From Eledone cirrhosa (taxonomy: Eukaryota): a stretch of DNA of 64,000 nt. The stretch is from positions 2,976,001 to 3,040,000 of the forward strand of contig OZ024741.1 of NCBI GenBank assembly GCA_964016885.1, given 5' to 3'. This document shows positions 1 to 12,000 of this stretch, in pieces. The number at the start of each line of letters is the position of its first letter. The stretch's first letter is position 1. Both the position numbers and the translations under genes were made by a program. The notes below the pieces were generated by a model. It saw only the letters and a list, made by a program, of their open reading frames with translations. It had not been told where the DNA came from and searched no databases.

Positions 1-3000
1 CTCCTCACAGTTTCTTTTCTGAAGACCTTCTGCTGCCCAGCGCTCCTCACAGTTTCTTCTCTGAAGACCTTCTTCTGTCCAGCTCTCCTCACAGTTTCTT
101 CTCTGAAGACCTTCTACTGTCCAGCTCTCCTCATGATTTCTTCTCTTAAGACCTTCTACTGTCCAGCTCTGCTCACAGTTTCTTCTCTGAACACCTTCTA
201 CTGTCCAGCTCTCCTCACAGTTTCTTGTCTGAAGACCTTTTGCTGTATAGCTCTCCTCACACTTTCTTCTCTGAAGACCTTCTACTGTACAGCTCTCCTC
301 ACAGTTTCTTCTCTGAAGACCTTCTACTCTCCAGCTCTCCTCATCATTTCTTCTCTGAAGACCTTCTTCTGTCCAGCTCTCCTCACACTTTCTTCTCTGA
401 AGACCGTCTACTGTCCAGCTCTCCTCACAGTTTTTTCTCTGAAGATTTTCTACTGTCCAGTTCTCCTCAAACTTTCTTCTCTGAAGACCTTCTACTGTAC
501 AGCTCTCCTCACAGTACCTTCTCTGAAGATCTTCTTCTGTCTAGCTCTCCTCAATATTTCTTCTTTGAAGCCCTTCTACTGCCCAGCACTCCTCACAGTT
601 TCTTCTCTGAACATCTTCCACTGTGCAGCTCTCCTCACAGTTTCTTCTCTGAAGATTTTCTACCGTCCAGTTGTCCTCAAACTTTCTTCTCTGAAGACCT
701 TCTACTGTACAGCTCTCCTCACAGTTTCATCTCTGAAGATCTTCTTCTGTCCAGCTCTCCTCACACTTTCTTCTCTGAAGATCTACTGTCCAGCTCGCCT
801 GGCAGTTTCTTCTCTGAACACCTTCTACTGTCCGGCTCCTCTCACAGTTTCTTCTCTGAAGTTCTACTACTGTCCAGCTCACCTCACAGTTTCTTTTCTG
901 AAGACCTTCTACTGCCCAGCTCTCCTCACAGTTTCTTCCCTGAAGACCTTCTTCTGTCCAGCTCTCCTCACACTTTGTTCTCTGAAGACCTTCTACTGAC
1001 GAGGCTCTCCTCACAGATTCTTCTCTGAAGATTTTCTACTGTCGTGTTCTCCTCAAACTTTCTTCTCTGAAGACCTTCTACTGTTCAGCTCCCATCACAG
1101 TTTATTCTCTGAAGATCTACTGTCCAGCTCGCCTGGCAGTTTCTTCCCTGAAGAGCTTCCACTGTCCAGCTCTCCTGACAGTTTCTTCTCTGTACACCTT
1201 CTACTCTCCAGCTCCTCTCACAGTTTCTTCTCTGAAGTTCTACTAATGTCCAGCTCTCCTCACATTTCTAGTCTGAAGACCTTCTATTGTCCAGCACTCC
1301 TCACAGTTTCTTCTCTGAACACCTTCTACTGTCCAGCTCTCCTCAAAATTTCTTCTCTGAAGACGTTCTTCTGTCCAGCTATAATCACAGTTTCTTCTCT
1401 GAAGACCTTTTACTGTCCAGCTCTCCTCACAGTTTCTTCTCTGAAGAGCTTCTACTGTTCAGCTCCCCTGACAGTTTATTCTCTGAATCTCTTCTACTCT
1501 CCAGTTCTCCTCACACTTTCTTCTCTGAAGATCTTCTACTGTCCAGCTCTCCTCACACTTTCTTCTCTGAAGACCTTCTGCTGTCCAGCTCTCCTCACAT
1601 TTTCTACTCTGAAGACCTTCTGTTGTCCAGCTCTCCTCACAGATTCATCTCTGAAGAGATTCTACTGTCCAGCTCTCCTCACAGTTTCTTCTCTGAAGAC
1701 CTTCTACTGTCCAGCTCTCCTCACACTTTCTTCTCTGAAGACCTGCTGCTGTCCAGCTCTCCTCGCAGTTTCTTCTCTGAAGATCTTCTACTGTCCAGCT
1801 CTCCTCACACTTTCTTCTCTGAAGACCTACTGTCCAGCTCTCCTCACAGTTTCTTTTCTGAAAACCTTCTACTGCCCAGCACTCCTCACATTTTCTTCTC
1901 TGAACATCTTCCACTGTGCAGCTCTCCTCACAGTTTCTTCCCTGAAGACCTTCTACTGTCCAGTTCTCCTCAAACTTTCTTCTCTGAAGACCTTCTACTG
2001 TACAGCTCTCCCCACAGTTTCATCTCTAAAGAACTTCTTCTGCCCAGCTCTCCTCACAATTTTTCTCTGAAGACCTTCTACTGTACAGCTCTCCTCACAG
2101 TTTCTTCTCTGAAGACCTTCTACTGTCCAGCTCTCCTCACAGTTTCTTCTCTGAAGACCTTCTACTGTCCAGCTCTCCTCACAGTTTCTTCTCTGAAGCC
2201 CTTCTACTGTCCAGCTCTCCTCACAGTTTCTTCTCTTAAGACCTTCTACTGTCCAGTTCTCCTCACACTTTCTTCTCTGAAGACCTTCTACTGTCCAGCT
2301 CTCCTCACAGATTCTTCTCTGAAGACCTTCTACTCTCCAGCTCTCCTCACAGTTTCTTCTCTGAACACCTTCTACTGTCCAGCTCTCCTCACAGTTTCTT
2401 TTCTGAAGCCCTTCTACTGTCCAGCTCTCCTCACAGTTTCTTTTCTAAAGACCTTCTACTGTCCAGTTCTCCTCACACTTTCTTCTTTGAAGACCTTCTA
2501 CTGTACAGCTCTCATCTCAGTTTCTTCTCTGAAGACCTACTGTCCAGCTCTCCTCACACTTTCTTTTCTGAAGAGCTTCTACTGTTCGGCTCCCCTGAGA
2601 GTTTATTCTCTGAAGATCTTCTACTGTCCAGTTCTCCTCACACTTTCTTCTCTGAAGATCTTCTACTGTCCAGCTCTCCTCACACTTTCTTCTCTGAAGA
2701 CCTTCTGCTGTCCAGCTCTCCTCACATTTTCTTCTCTGAAGACCTTCTACTGTCCAGCTCTCCTCAAAGTTTCTTCTCTAATGTCCTTCTTCTGTCCAGC
2801 TCTCCTCACATTTTCTTCTCTGAAGACCTTCTACTGTCCAGCTCTCCTCACATTTTCTTCTCTGAAGAGCTTCTACTGTTCGGCTCCCCTGAGAGTTTAT
2901 TCTCTGAAGATCTTCTACTGTCCAGTTCTCCTCACACTTTCTTCTCTGAAGATCTTCTACTGTCCAGCTCTCCTCACACTTTCTTCTCTGAAGACCTTCT

Positions 3001-6000
3001 GCTGTCCAGCTCTCCTTACATTTTCTTCTCTGAAGACCTTCTACTGTCCAGCTCTCCTCACAGTTTCTTCTCTGAAGTTCTACTAATGTCCAGCTCTCCT
3101 CACATTTTCTACTCTGATGACCTTCTACTGTCCAGGTCTCCTCACAGATTCTTCTCTGAAGAGATTCTACTGTCCAGCTCTCCTCACAGTTTCTTCTCTG
3201 AAGACCTTCTGCTGTCCAGCTCTCCTCACACTTTCTTCTCTGAAGACCTGCTGCTGTCCAGCTATCCTCACGGTTTCTTCTGTGAAGACATTCTACTGTC
3301 CAGCTCTCCTCATAATTTCTTCTCTGAAGACCTTCTGCTGTCCAGCTCTCCTCACAGTTTCTTCTCTGAAGTTCTACTAATGTCCAGCTCTACTCACATT
3401 TTCTACTCTGAAGACCTTCTGTTGTCCAGCTCTCCTCACAGATTCATCTCTGAAGAGATTCTTCTTCTCTGAAGACCTTCTACTGTCCAGCTCTCCTCAC
3501 AGATTCTTCCCTGAAGACCTTCTACTGTCCAGATCTCCTCACAGTTTCTTCTCTGAAGACCTTCTTCTGTCCAGCTCTCCTCACAGTTTCTTTTCTGAAG
3601 CCCTTCTACTGTCCAGCTCTCCTCACAGTTTCTTTTCTGAAGACCTTCTACTGTGCAGTTCTCCTCACACTTTCTTCTTTGAAGACCTTCTACTGTCCAG
3701 CTCTCCTCTCAGTTTCTTCTCTGAAGACCTACTGTCCAGCTCTCCTCACAGTTTCTTTTCTGAAGACCTTCTGCTCTCCAGCACTCCTCACAGTTTCTTC
3801 TCTGAACACCTTCTACTGTCCAGCTCTCCTCAAAGTTTCTTCTCTAATGTCCTTCTTCTGTCCAGCTCTCCTCACAGTTTCTTCTCTGAAGACCTTCTAC
3901 TGCCCAGCACTCCTCACATTTTCTTCTCTGAACATCTTCCACTGTGCAGCTCTCCTCACAGTTTCTTCCCTGAAGACCTTCTACTGTCCAGTTCTCCTCA
4001 AACTTTCTTCTCTGAAGACCTTCTACTGTACAGCTCTCCCCACAGTTTCATCTCTAAAGAACTTCTTCTGCCCAGCTCTCCTCACAATTTTTCTCTGAAG
4101 ACCTTCTACTGTACAGCTCTCCTCACAGTTTCTTCTCTGAAGACCTTCTACTCTCCAGCTCTCCTCATCATTTCTTCTCTGAAGACCTTCTACTGTCCGT
4201 CTTTCCTCACAGATTCTTCTCTAAAGACCTTCTACCGTCCAGCTCTCCTCACAGTTTCTTCTCTGAAGACCTTCTACTGTCCAGCTCTCCTCACAGTTTC
4301 TTCTCTGAAGCCCTTCTACTGTCCAGCTCTCCTCACAGTTTCTTCTCTTAAGACCTTCTACTGTCCAGTTCTCCTCACACTTTCTTCTCTGAAGACCTTC
4401 TACTGTCCAGCTCAGCTCACAGTTTCTTCTCTGAAGACCTACTGTCCAGCTCTCCTCACAGTTTCTTTTCTGAAGACCTTCTACTCCCAGCACTCCTCAC
4501 AGTTTCTTCTCTGAACATCTTCCACTGTGCAGCTTTCCTCACAGTTTCTTCCCTGAAGACCTTCTTCTGTCCAGCTCTCCTCACAATTTCTTCTCTGAAG
4601 ACCTTCTACTGACGAGGCTCTCCTCACAGATTCTTCTCTGAAGATTTTCTACTGTCCAGTTCTCATCAAACTTTCTTCTCTGAAGACCTTCTACTGTACA
4701 GCTCTCCTCACAGTTTCATCTCTGAAGAACTACTTCTGTCCAGCTCTCCTCAATGTTTCTTCTTTGAAGCCTTTCTACTGTCCAGCTCTCCTCACAGGTT
4801 CTTCTCTGAAGACCTACTTCTCTCCATCCCTCCTCACAATTTCTTCTCTGAAGACCTTCTACAGTCCAGCTATCCTCACAGCTTCTTCTCTGAAGACCTT
4901 CTACTGTTCAGCTCCCATCACAGTTTATTCTCTGAAGATCTACTGTCCAGCTCGCCTGGCAGTTTCTTCTCTGAGGAGCTTCCACTGTCCAGCTCTCCTG
5001 ACAGTTTCTTCTCTGAACACCTTCTACTGTCCAGCTCCTCTCACAGTTTCTTCTTTGAAGTTCTACTACTGTCCAGCTCTCCTCACAGTTTCTTCTATGA
5101 AGTTCTACTACTGTCCAGCTCTCCTCAAAGTTTATTCTCTGTAGATTTTCTACTGTCCAGTTCTCCTCACACTTTCTTCTCTGAAGACCTTCTACTGTCC
5201 AGCTCTCCTCACAGATTCTTCTCTGAAGACCTTCTACTCTCCAGCTCTCCTCACAGTTTCTTCTCTGAACACCTTCTACTGTCCAGCTCTCCTCACAGTT
5301 TCTTTTCTGAAGCCCTTCTACTGTCCAGCTCTCCTCACAGTTTCTTTTCTAAAGACCTTCTACTGTCCAGTTCTCCTCACACTTTCTTCTTTGAAGACCT
5401 TCTACTGTACAGCTCTCATCTCAGTTTCTTCTCTGAAGACCTACTGTCCAGCTCTCCTCACACTTTCTTTTCTGAAGAGCTTCTACTGTTCGGCTCCCCT
5501 GAGAGTTTATTCTCTGAAGATCTTCTACTGTCCAGTTCTCCTCACACTTTCTTCTCTGAAGATCTTCTACTGTCCAGCTCTCCTCACACTTTCTTCTCTG
5601 AAGACCTTCTGCTGTCCAGCTCTCCTCACATTTTCTTCTCTGAAGACCTTCTACTGTCCAGCTCTCCTCAAAGTTTCTTCTCTAATGTCCTTCTTCTGTC
5701 CAGCTCTCCTCACATTTTCTTCTCTGAAGACCTTCTACTGTCCAGCTCTCCTCACATTTTCTTCTCTGAAGAGCTTCTACTGTTCGGCTCCCCTGAGAGT
5801 TTATTCTCTGAAGATCTTCTACTGTCCAGTTCTCCTCACACTTTCTTCTCTGAAGATCTTCTACTGTCCAGCTCTCCTCACACTTTCTTCTCTGAAGACC
5901 TTCTGCTGTCCAGCTCTCCTCACATTTTCTTCTCTGAAGACCTTCTACTGTCCAGCTCTCCTCACAGTTTCTTCTCTGAAGTTCTACTAATGTCCAGCTC

Positions 6001-9000
6001 TCCTCACATTTTCTACTCTGATGACCTTCTACTGTCCAGGTCTCCTCACAGATTCTTCTCTGAAGAGATTCTACTGTCCAGCTCTCCTCACAGTTTCTTC
6101 TCTGAAGACCTTCTGCTGTCCAGCTCTCCTCACACTTTCTTCTCTGAAGACCTGCTGCTGTCCAGCTATCCTCACGGTTTCTTCTGTGAAGACATTCTAC
6201 TGTCCAGCTCTCCTCATAATTTCTTCTCTGAAGACCTTCTGCTGTCCAGCTCTCCTCACAGTTTCTTCTCTGAAGTTCTACTAATGTCCAGCTCTACTCA
6301 CATTTTCTACTCTGAAGACCTTCTGTTGTCCAGCTCTCCTCACAGATTCATCTCTGAAGAGATTCTTCTTCTCTGAAGACCTTCTACTGTCCAGCTCTCC
6401 TCACAGATTCTTCCCTGAAGACCTTCTACTGTCCAGATCTCCTCACAGTTTCTTCTCTGAAGACCTTCTTCTGTCCAGCTCTCCTCACAGTTTCTTTTCT
6501 GAAGCCCTTCTACTGTCCAGCTCTCCTCACAGTTTCTTTTCTGAAGACCTTCTACTGTGCAGTTCTCCTCACACTTTCTTCTTTGAAGACCTTCTACTGT
6601 CCAGCTCTCCTCTCAGTTTCTTCTCTGAAGACCTACTGTCCAGCTCTCCTCACAGTTTCTTTTCTGAAGACCTTCTGCTCTCCAGCACTCCTCACAGTTT
6701 CTTCTCTGAACACCTTCTACTGTCCAGCTCTCCTCAAAGTTTCTTCTCTAATGTCCTTCTTCTGTCCAGCTCTCCTCACAGTTTCTTCTCTGAAGACCTT
6801 CTACTGTCCAACTCTCCTCACAGTTTCTTCTCTGAAGAGTTTCTACTGTTCAGCTCCCCTGACAGTTTATTCTCTGAAGATCTTCTACTGTCCAGTTCTC
6901 CTCACACTTTATACTCTGAAGATCTTCTACTGTCCAGCACCCCTCACATTTTCTACTCTGAAGACCTTCTGTTGTCCAGCTCTCCTCACAGATTCTTCTC
7001 TGAAGAGATTCTACTGTCCATCTTTCCTCACAGTTTCTTCTCTGAAGACCTTCAGCTGTCCAGCTCTCCTCACACTTTCTTCTCTGAAGACCGGCTGCTG
7101 TCCAGCTATCCTCACAGTTTCTTCTCTGAAGATCTTCTACTGTCCAGCTCTCCTCACAGTTTCTTCTATGAAGACATTCTACTGTCCAGCTCGCCTCATA
7201 ATTTCTTCTCTGAAGACCTTCTGCTGTCCAGCTCTCCTCACAGTTTCTTCTCTGAAGACCTTCTACTGTCTAGCTCTCCGGACAGTTTCTTCTCTGAAGA
7301 CCTTCTACTCTCACGCTCTCGTCACAGTTTCTTCTCTGAAGACCTTCTACTGTTCAGCTCTCCTCATGATTTCTTCTATGAAGACCTTCTACTGTCCAGC
7401 TCTCCTCACAGTTTCTTTTCTGAAGACCTTCTACTGTCCAGCTCTCCACACAGTTTCTTCTCTGAAGACCTACTGTCCAGCTCTCCTCACAGTTTCTTTT
7501 CTGAAGACCTTCTGCTGCCCAGCACTCCTCACAGTTTTTTCTCTGAACACCTTCTACTGTCCAGCTCTCCTCACAGTTTTTTTCTGAAGTCCTTCTTCTG
7601 TCCAGCTCTCCTCACAGTTTCTTCTCTGAAAACCTTCTACTGTCCAGCTCTCCTCACAGTTTCTTCTCTGAAGAGCTTCTACTGTTCAGCTCCCCTGACA
7701 GTTTATTCTCTGAATATCTTCTACTGTCCAGTTCTCCTCACACTTTCTTCTCTGAAGATCTTCTACTGTCCAGCTCTCCTCACACTTTCTTCTCTGAAGA
7801 CGTTCTACTGTCCCAGCTCTCCTCACATTTTCTTCTCTGAAGACCTTCTACTGTCCAGCTCTCCTCGCAGTTTCTTCTCTGAAGTTCTACTAATGTCCAG
7901 CTCTCCTCACATTTTCTACTCTGAAGACCTTCTGTTGTACAGCTCTCCTCACAGATTCATCTCTGAAGAGATTCTGCTGTCCAGCTCTCATCACACTTTC
8001 TTCTCTGAAGACCTGCTGCTGTCCAGCTCTCCTCACAGTTTCTTCTCTGAAGATCTTCTACTGTCCAGCTCTCCTCACACTTTCTTCTCTGAAGACCTTC
8101 TACTGTCCCAGCTCTCCTCACATTTTCTTCTCTGAAGACCTTCTACTGTCCAGCTCTCCTCGCAGTTTCTTCTCTGAAGTTCTACTAATGTCCAGCTCTC
8201 CTCACAGTTTCTTCTGTGAAGACATTCTACTGTCCAGCTCTCCTCATAATTTCTTCTCTGAAGAGCTTCTGCTGTCCAGCTCTCCTCACAGTTTCTTCTC
8301 TGAAGACCTTCTACTGTCTAGCTCTCCGGACAGTTTCTTCTCTGAAGACCTTCTACTCTCCAGCTCTCGTCACAGTTTCTTCTCTGAAGACATTCTACTG
8401 TCCAGCTCTCCTCATGATTTCTTCTCTGAAGACCTTCTACTGTCCAGCTCTCCTCACAGTTTCTTTTCTGAAGACATTCTACTGTCCAGCTCTCCTCATA
8501 GTTTCTTCTCTGAAGACCTTCTTCTGTCCAGCTCTCCTCACAGTTTCTTCTCTGAAGACCTTCTACTGTCTAGCTTTCCTCACAGTTTCTTCTCTGAAGA
8601 GCTTCTACTGTTCAGCTCTCCTCACAGTTTATTCTCTGAAGATCTTCTACTGTCCAGTTCTCCTCACACTTTCTTCTCTGAAGATCTTCTACTGTCCAGC
8701 TCTCCTCACACTTTCTTCTCTGAAGACCTTCTGCTGTCCGGCTCTCCTCACAGTTTCTTCTCTGAAGTTCTGCTAATGTCCAGCTCTCCTCACATTTTCT
8801 ACTCTGAAGACCTTCTGTTGTCCAGCTCTCCTCACAGATTCTTCTCTGAAGAGATTCTACTGTCCAGCTCTCCTCACAGTTTCTTCTCTGAAGACCTTCA
8901 GCTGTCCAGCTCTCCTCACACTTTCTTCTCTGAAGACCTGCTGCTGTCCAGCTATCCTCACAGTTTCTTCTCTGAAGATCTTCTACTGTCCAGCTCTCCT

Positions 9001-12000
9001 CACACTTTCTTCTGTGAAGACCTTCTACTGTCCAGCTCTCCTCACAGTTTCTTTTCTGAAGTCCTTCTTCTGTCCAGATCTCCTCACAGTTTCTTTTCTG
9101 AAGACCTTCTACTGTCCAGTTCTCCTCACACTTTCTTCTTTGAAGACCTTCTACTGTCCAGCTCTCCTCACAGTTTCGTCTCTGAAGACCTACTGTCCAG
9201 CTCTCCTCACAGTTTCTTTTCTGAAGACCTTCTGCTGCCCAGCACTCCTCACAGTTTCTTCTCTGAACACTTTCTACTGTCCAGCTCTCCTCACAGTTTC
9301 TTTTCTGAAGTCCTTCTTCTGTCCAGATCTCCTCACAGTTTCTTCTCTGAAGACCTTCTACTGTCCAGCTCTCCTCACAGTTTCTTTTCTGAAGTCCTTC
9401 TACTGTCCAGTTCTCCTCACACTTTCTTCTCTGAAGATCTTCTACAGTCCAGTTCTCCTCACACTTTCTTCTTTGAAGACCTTCTACTGTCCAGCTCTCC
9501 TCACACTTTCTTCTCTGAAGACCTTCTACTGTCCAGCTCTCCTCGCAGTTTCTTCTCTGAAGTTCTACTAATGTCCAGCTCTCCTCACATTTTCTACTCT
9601 GAAGGCCTTCTGTTGTCCAGCTCTCCTCACAGATTCATCTCTGAAGAGATTCTACTGTCCATTTCTCCTCACAGTTTCTTCTCTGAAGACCTTCTACTGT
9701 CTAGCTCTCCGGACAGTTTCTTCTCTGAAGAGATTCTACTGTCCAGCTCTCCTCACAGTTTCTTCTCTGAAGACCTTCAGCTGTCCAGCTCTCCTCACAC
9801 TTTCTTCTCTGAAGACCTGCTGCTGTCCAGCTCTCCTCACACTTTCTTCTCTGAAGACCTGCTGCTGTTCAGCTCTCCTCACAGTTTCTTCTCTGAAGAT
9901 CTTCTACTGTCCAGCTCTCCTCACAGTTTCTTCTGTGAAGACATTCTACTGTCCAGCTCTCCTCATAATTTCTTCTCTGAAGAGCTTCTGCTGTCCAGCT
10001 CTCCTCACAGTTTCTTCTCTGAAGACCTTCTACTGTCTAGCTCTCCGGACAGTTTCTTCGCTGAAGACCTTCTACTCTCCAGCTCTCGTCACAGTTTCTT
10101 CTCTGAAGACCTTCTACTGTCCAGCTCTCCTCACAGTTTCTTTTCTGAAGACCTTCTACTCTCCAGCTCTCCTCACAGTTTCTTCTCTGAAGACCTTCTT
10201 CTGCCCAGCTCTCCTCACAGTTTCTTCTCTGAAGACCTTCTACTGTCTAGCTCTCCTCAGAGTTTCTTCTCTGAAGAGCTTCTACTGTTCAGCTCTCCTC
10301 ACAGTTTATTCTCTGAAGTTCTTCTACTGTCCAGTTCTCCTCACACTTTCTTCTCTGAAGATCTTCTACTGTCCAGCTCTCTTCACACTTTCTTCTCTGA
10401 AGACCTTCTGCTGTGCAGCTCTCCTCATATTTTCTTCTCTGAAGACCTTCTACTGTCCAGCTCTCCTCACATTTTCTTCTCTGAAGTTCTACTACTGTCC
10501 AGCTCTCCTCATAGTTTCTTCTCTGAAGACCTTCTACTGTCTAGCTCTCCTCACAGTTTCTTCTCTGAAGGGCTTCTACTGTTCAGCTCCCCTGACAGTT
10601 TATTCTCTGAAGATCTTCTACTGTCCAGTTCTCCTCACACTTTCTTCTCTGAAGATCTTCTACTCTCCAGCTCTCCTCACACTTTCTCCTCTGAAGACCT
10701 TCTGCTGTCCAGCTCTCCTCACATTTTCTTCTCTGAAGACCTTCTACTGTCCAGCTCTCCTCACAGTTTCTTCTCTGAAGAGATTCTACTGTCAAGCTCT
10801 CCTCACAGTTTCTTGTCTGAAGTTCTACTACTTTCCAGCACCCCTCATCATTTCTTCTCTGAAGACCTCCTGCTGACCAGCTCTCCTCACAGTTTCTTCT
10901 CTGAAGTCCTTTTACTGTTCATCTCTCCTCACAGTTTCTTGTCTGAAGACCTTCTGCTGTATAGCTCTCCTCACACTCTCTCCTCTGAAGACCTTCTACT
11001 GTACAGTTCTCCTCACAGTTGCTTCTCTGAAGACCTTCTACTCTCCAGCGCTCCTCACAGTTTTTTTTCTGAAGACCTTCTACTGTACAGCTCTCCTCAC
11101 AGTTTCTTCTCTGAAGACCTTCTGTTGTCCTGCTCTCCACACAGTTTCTTCTCTGAAGACCTTCTACTGTCCAGCTCTCCTCATCATTTCTTCTCTGCAG
11201 ACCTTCTACTGTCCAGCTCTCCTCACAGTTTCTTCTCTGTAGATTTTCTACTGTCCAGTTCTCCTCACACTTTCTTCTCTGAAGACCTTCTACTGTCCAG
11301 CTCTCCTCACAGATTCTTCTCTGAAGACCTTCTACTGTCCAGCTCTCCTCACAGTTTCTTTTCTGAAGCCCTTCTACTGTCCAGCTCTCCTCATAGTTTC
11401 TTCTCTGAAGACCTTCTACTGTCCAGCTCTCCTCACAGTTTCTTCTCTGAAGAGCTTCTACTGTTCAGCTCCCCTGACAGTTTATTCTCTGAAGATCTTC
11501 TACTGTACAGTTCTCCTCACACTTTCTTCTCTGAAGATCTTCTACTGTCCAGCTCTCTTCACACTTTCTTCTCTGAAGACCTTCTGCTGTGCAGCTCTTC
11601 TCACATTTTCTTCTCTGAAGACCTTCTACTGTCCAGCTCTCCTCACAGTTTCTTCTCTGAAGTTCTACTACTGTCCAGCTCTCCTCATAGTTTCTTCTCT
11701 GAAGACCTTCTACTGTCCAGCTCACCTCACAGTTTCTTCTCTGAAGAGCTTCTACTGTTCAGCTCCCCTGACAGTTTATTCTCTGAAGATCTTCTACTGT
11801 CCAGTTCTCCTCACACTTTCTTCTCTGAAGATCTTCTACTCTCCAGCTCTCCTCACACTTTCTTCTCTGAAGTTCTACTAATGTCCAACTCTCCTCACAT
11901 TTTCTACTCTGAAGACCTTCTGTTGTCCAGCTCTCCTCACAGATTCTTCTCTGAAGAGATTCTACTGTCCAGCTCTCCTCATAATTTATTCTCTGGAGAC

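Noticed and set aside
57-75. Heat-shock element array (nGAAn inverted repeats)
   Set aside because: Spacing is TTC-N3-GAA-N4-TTC, not the N2 spacing that HSF binding requires.
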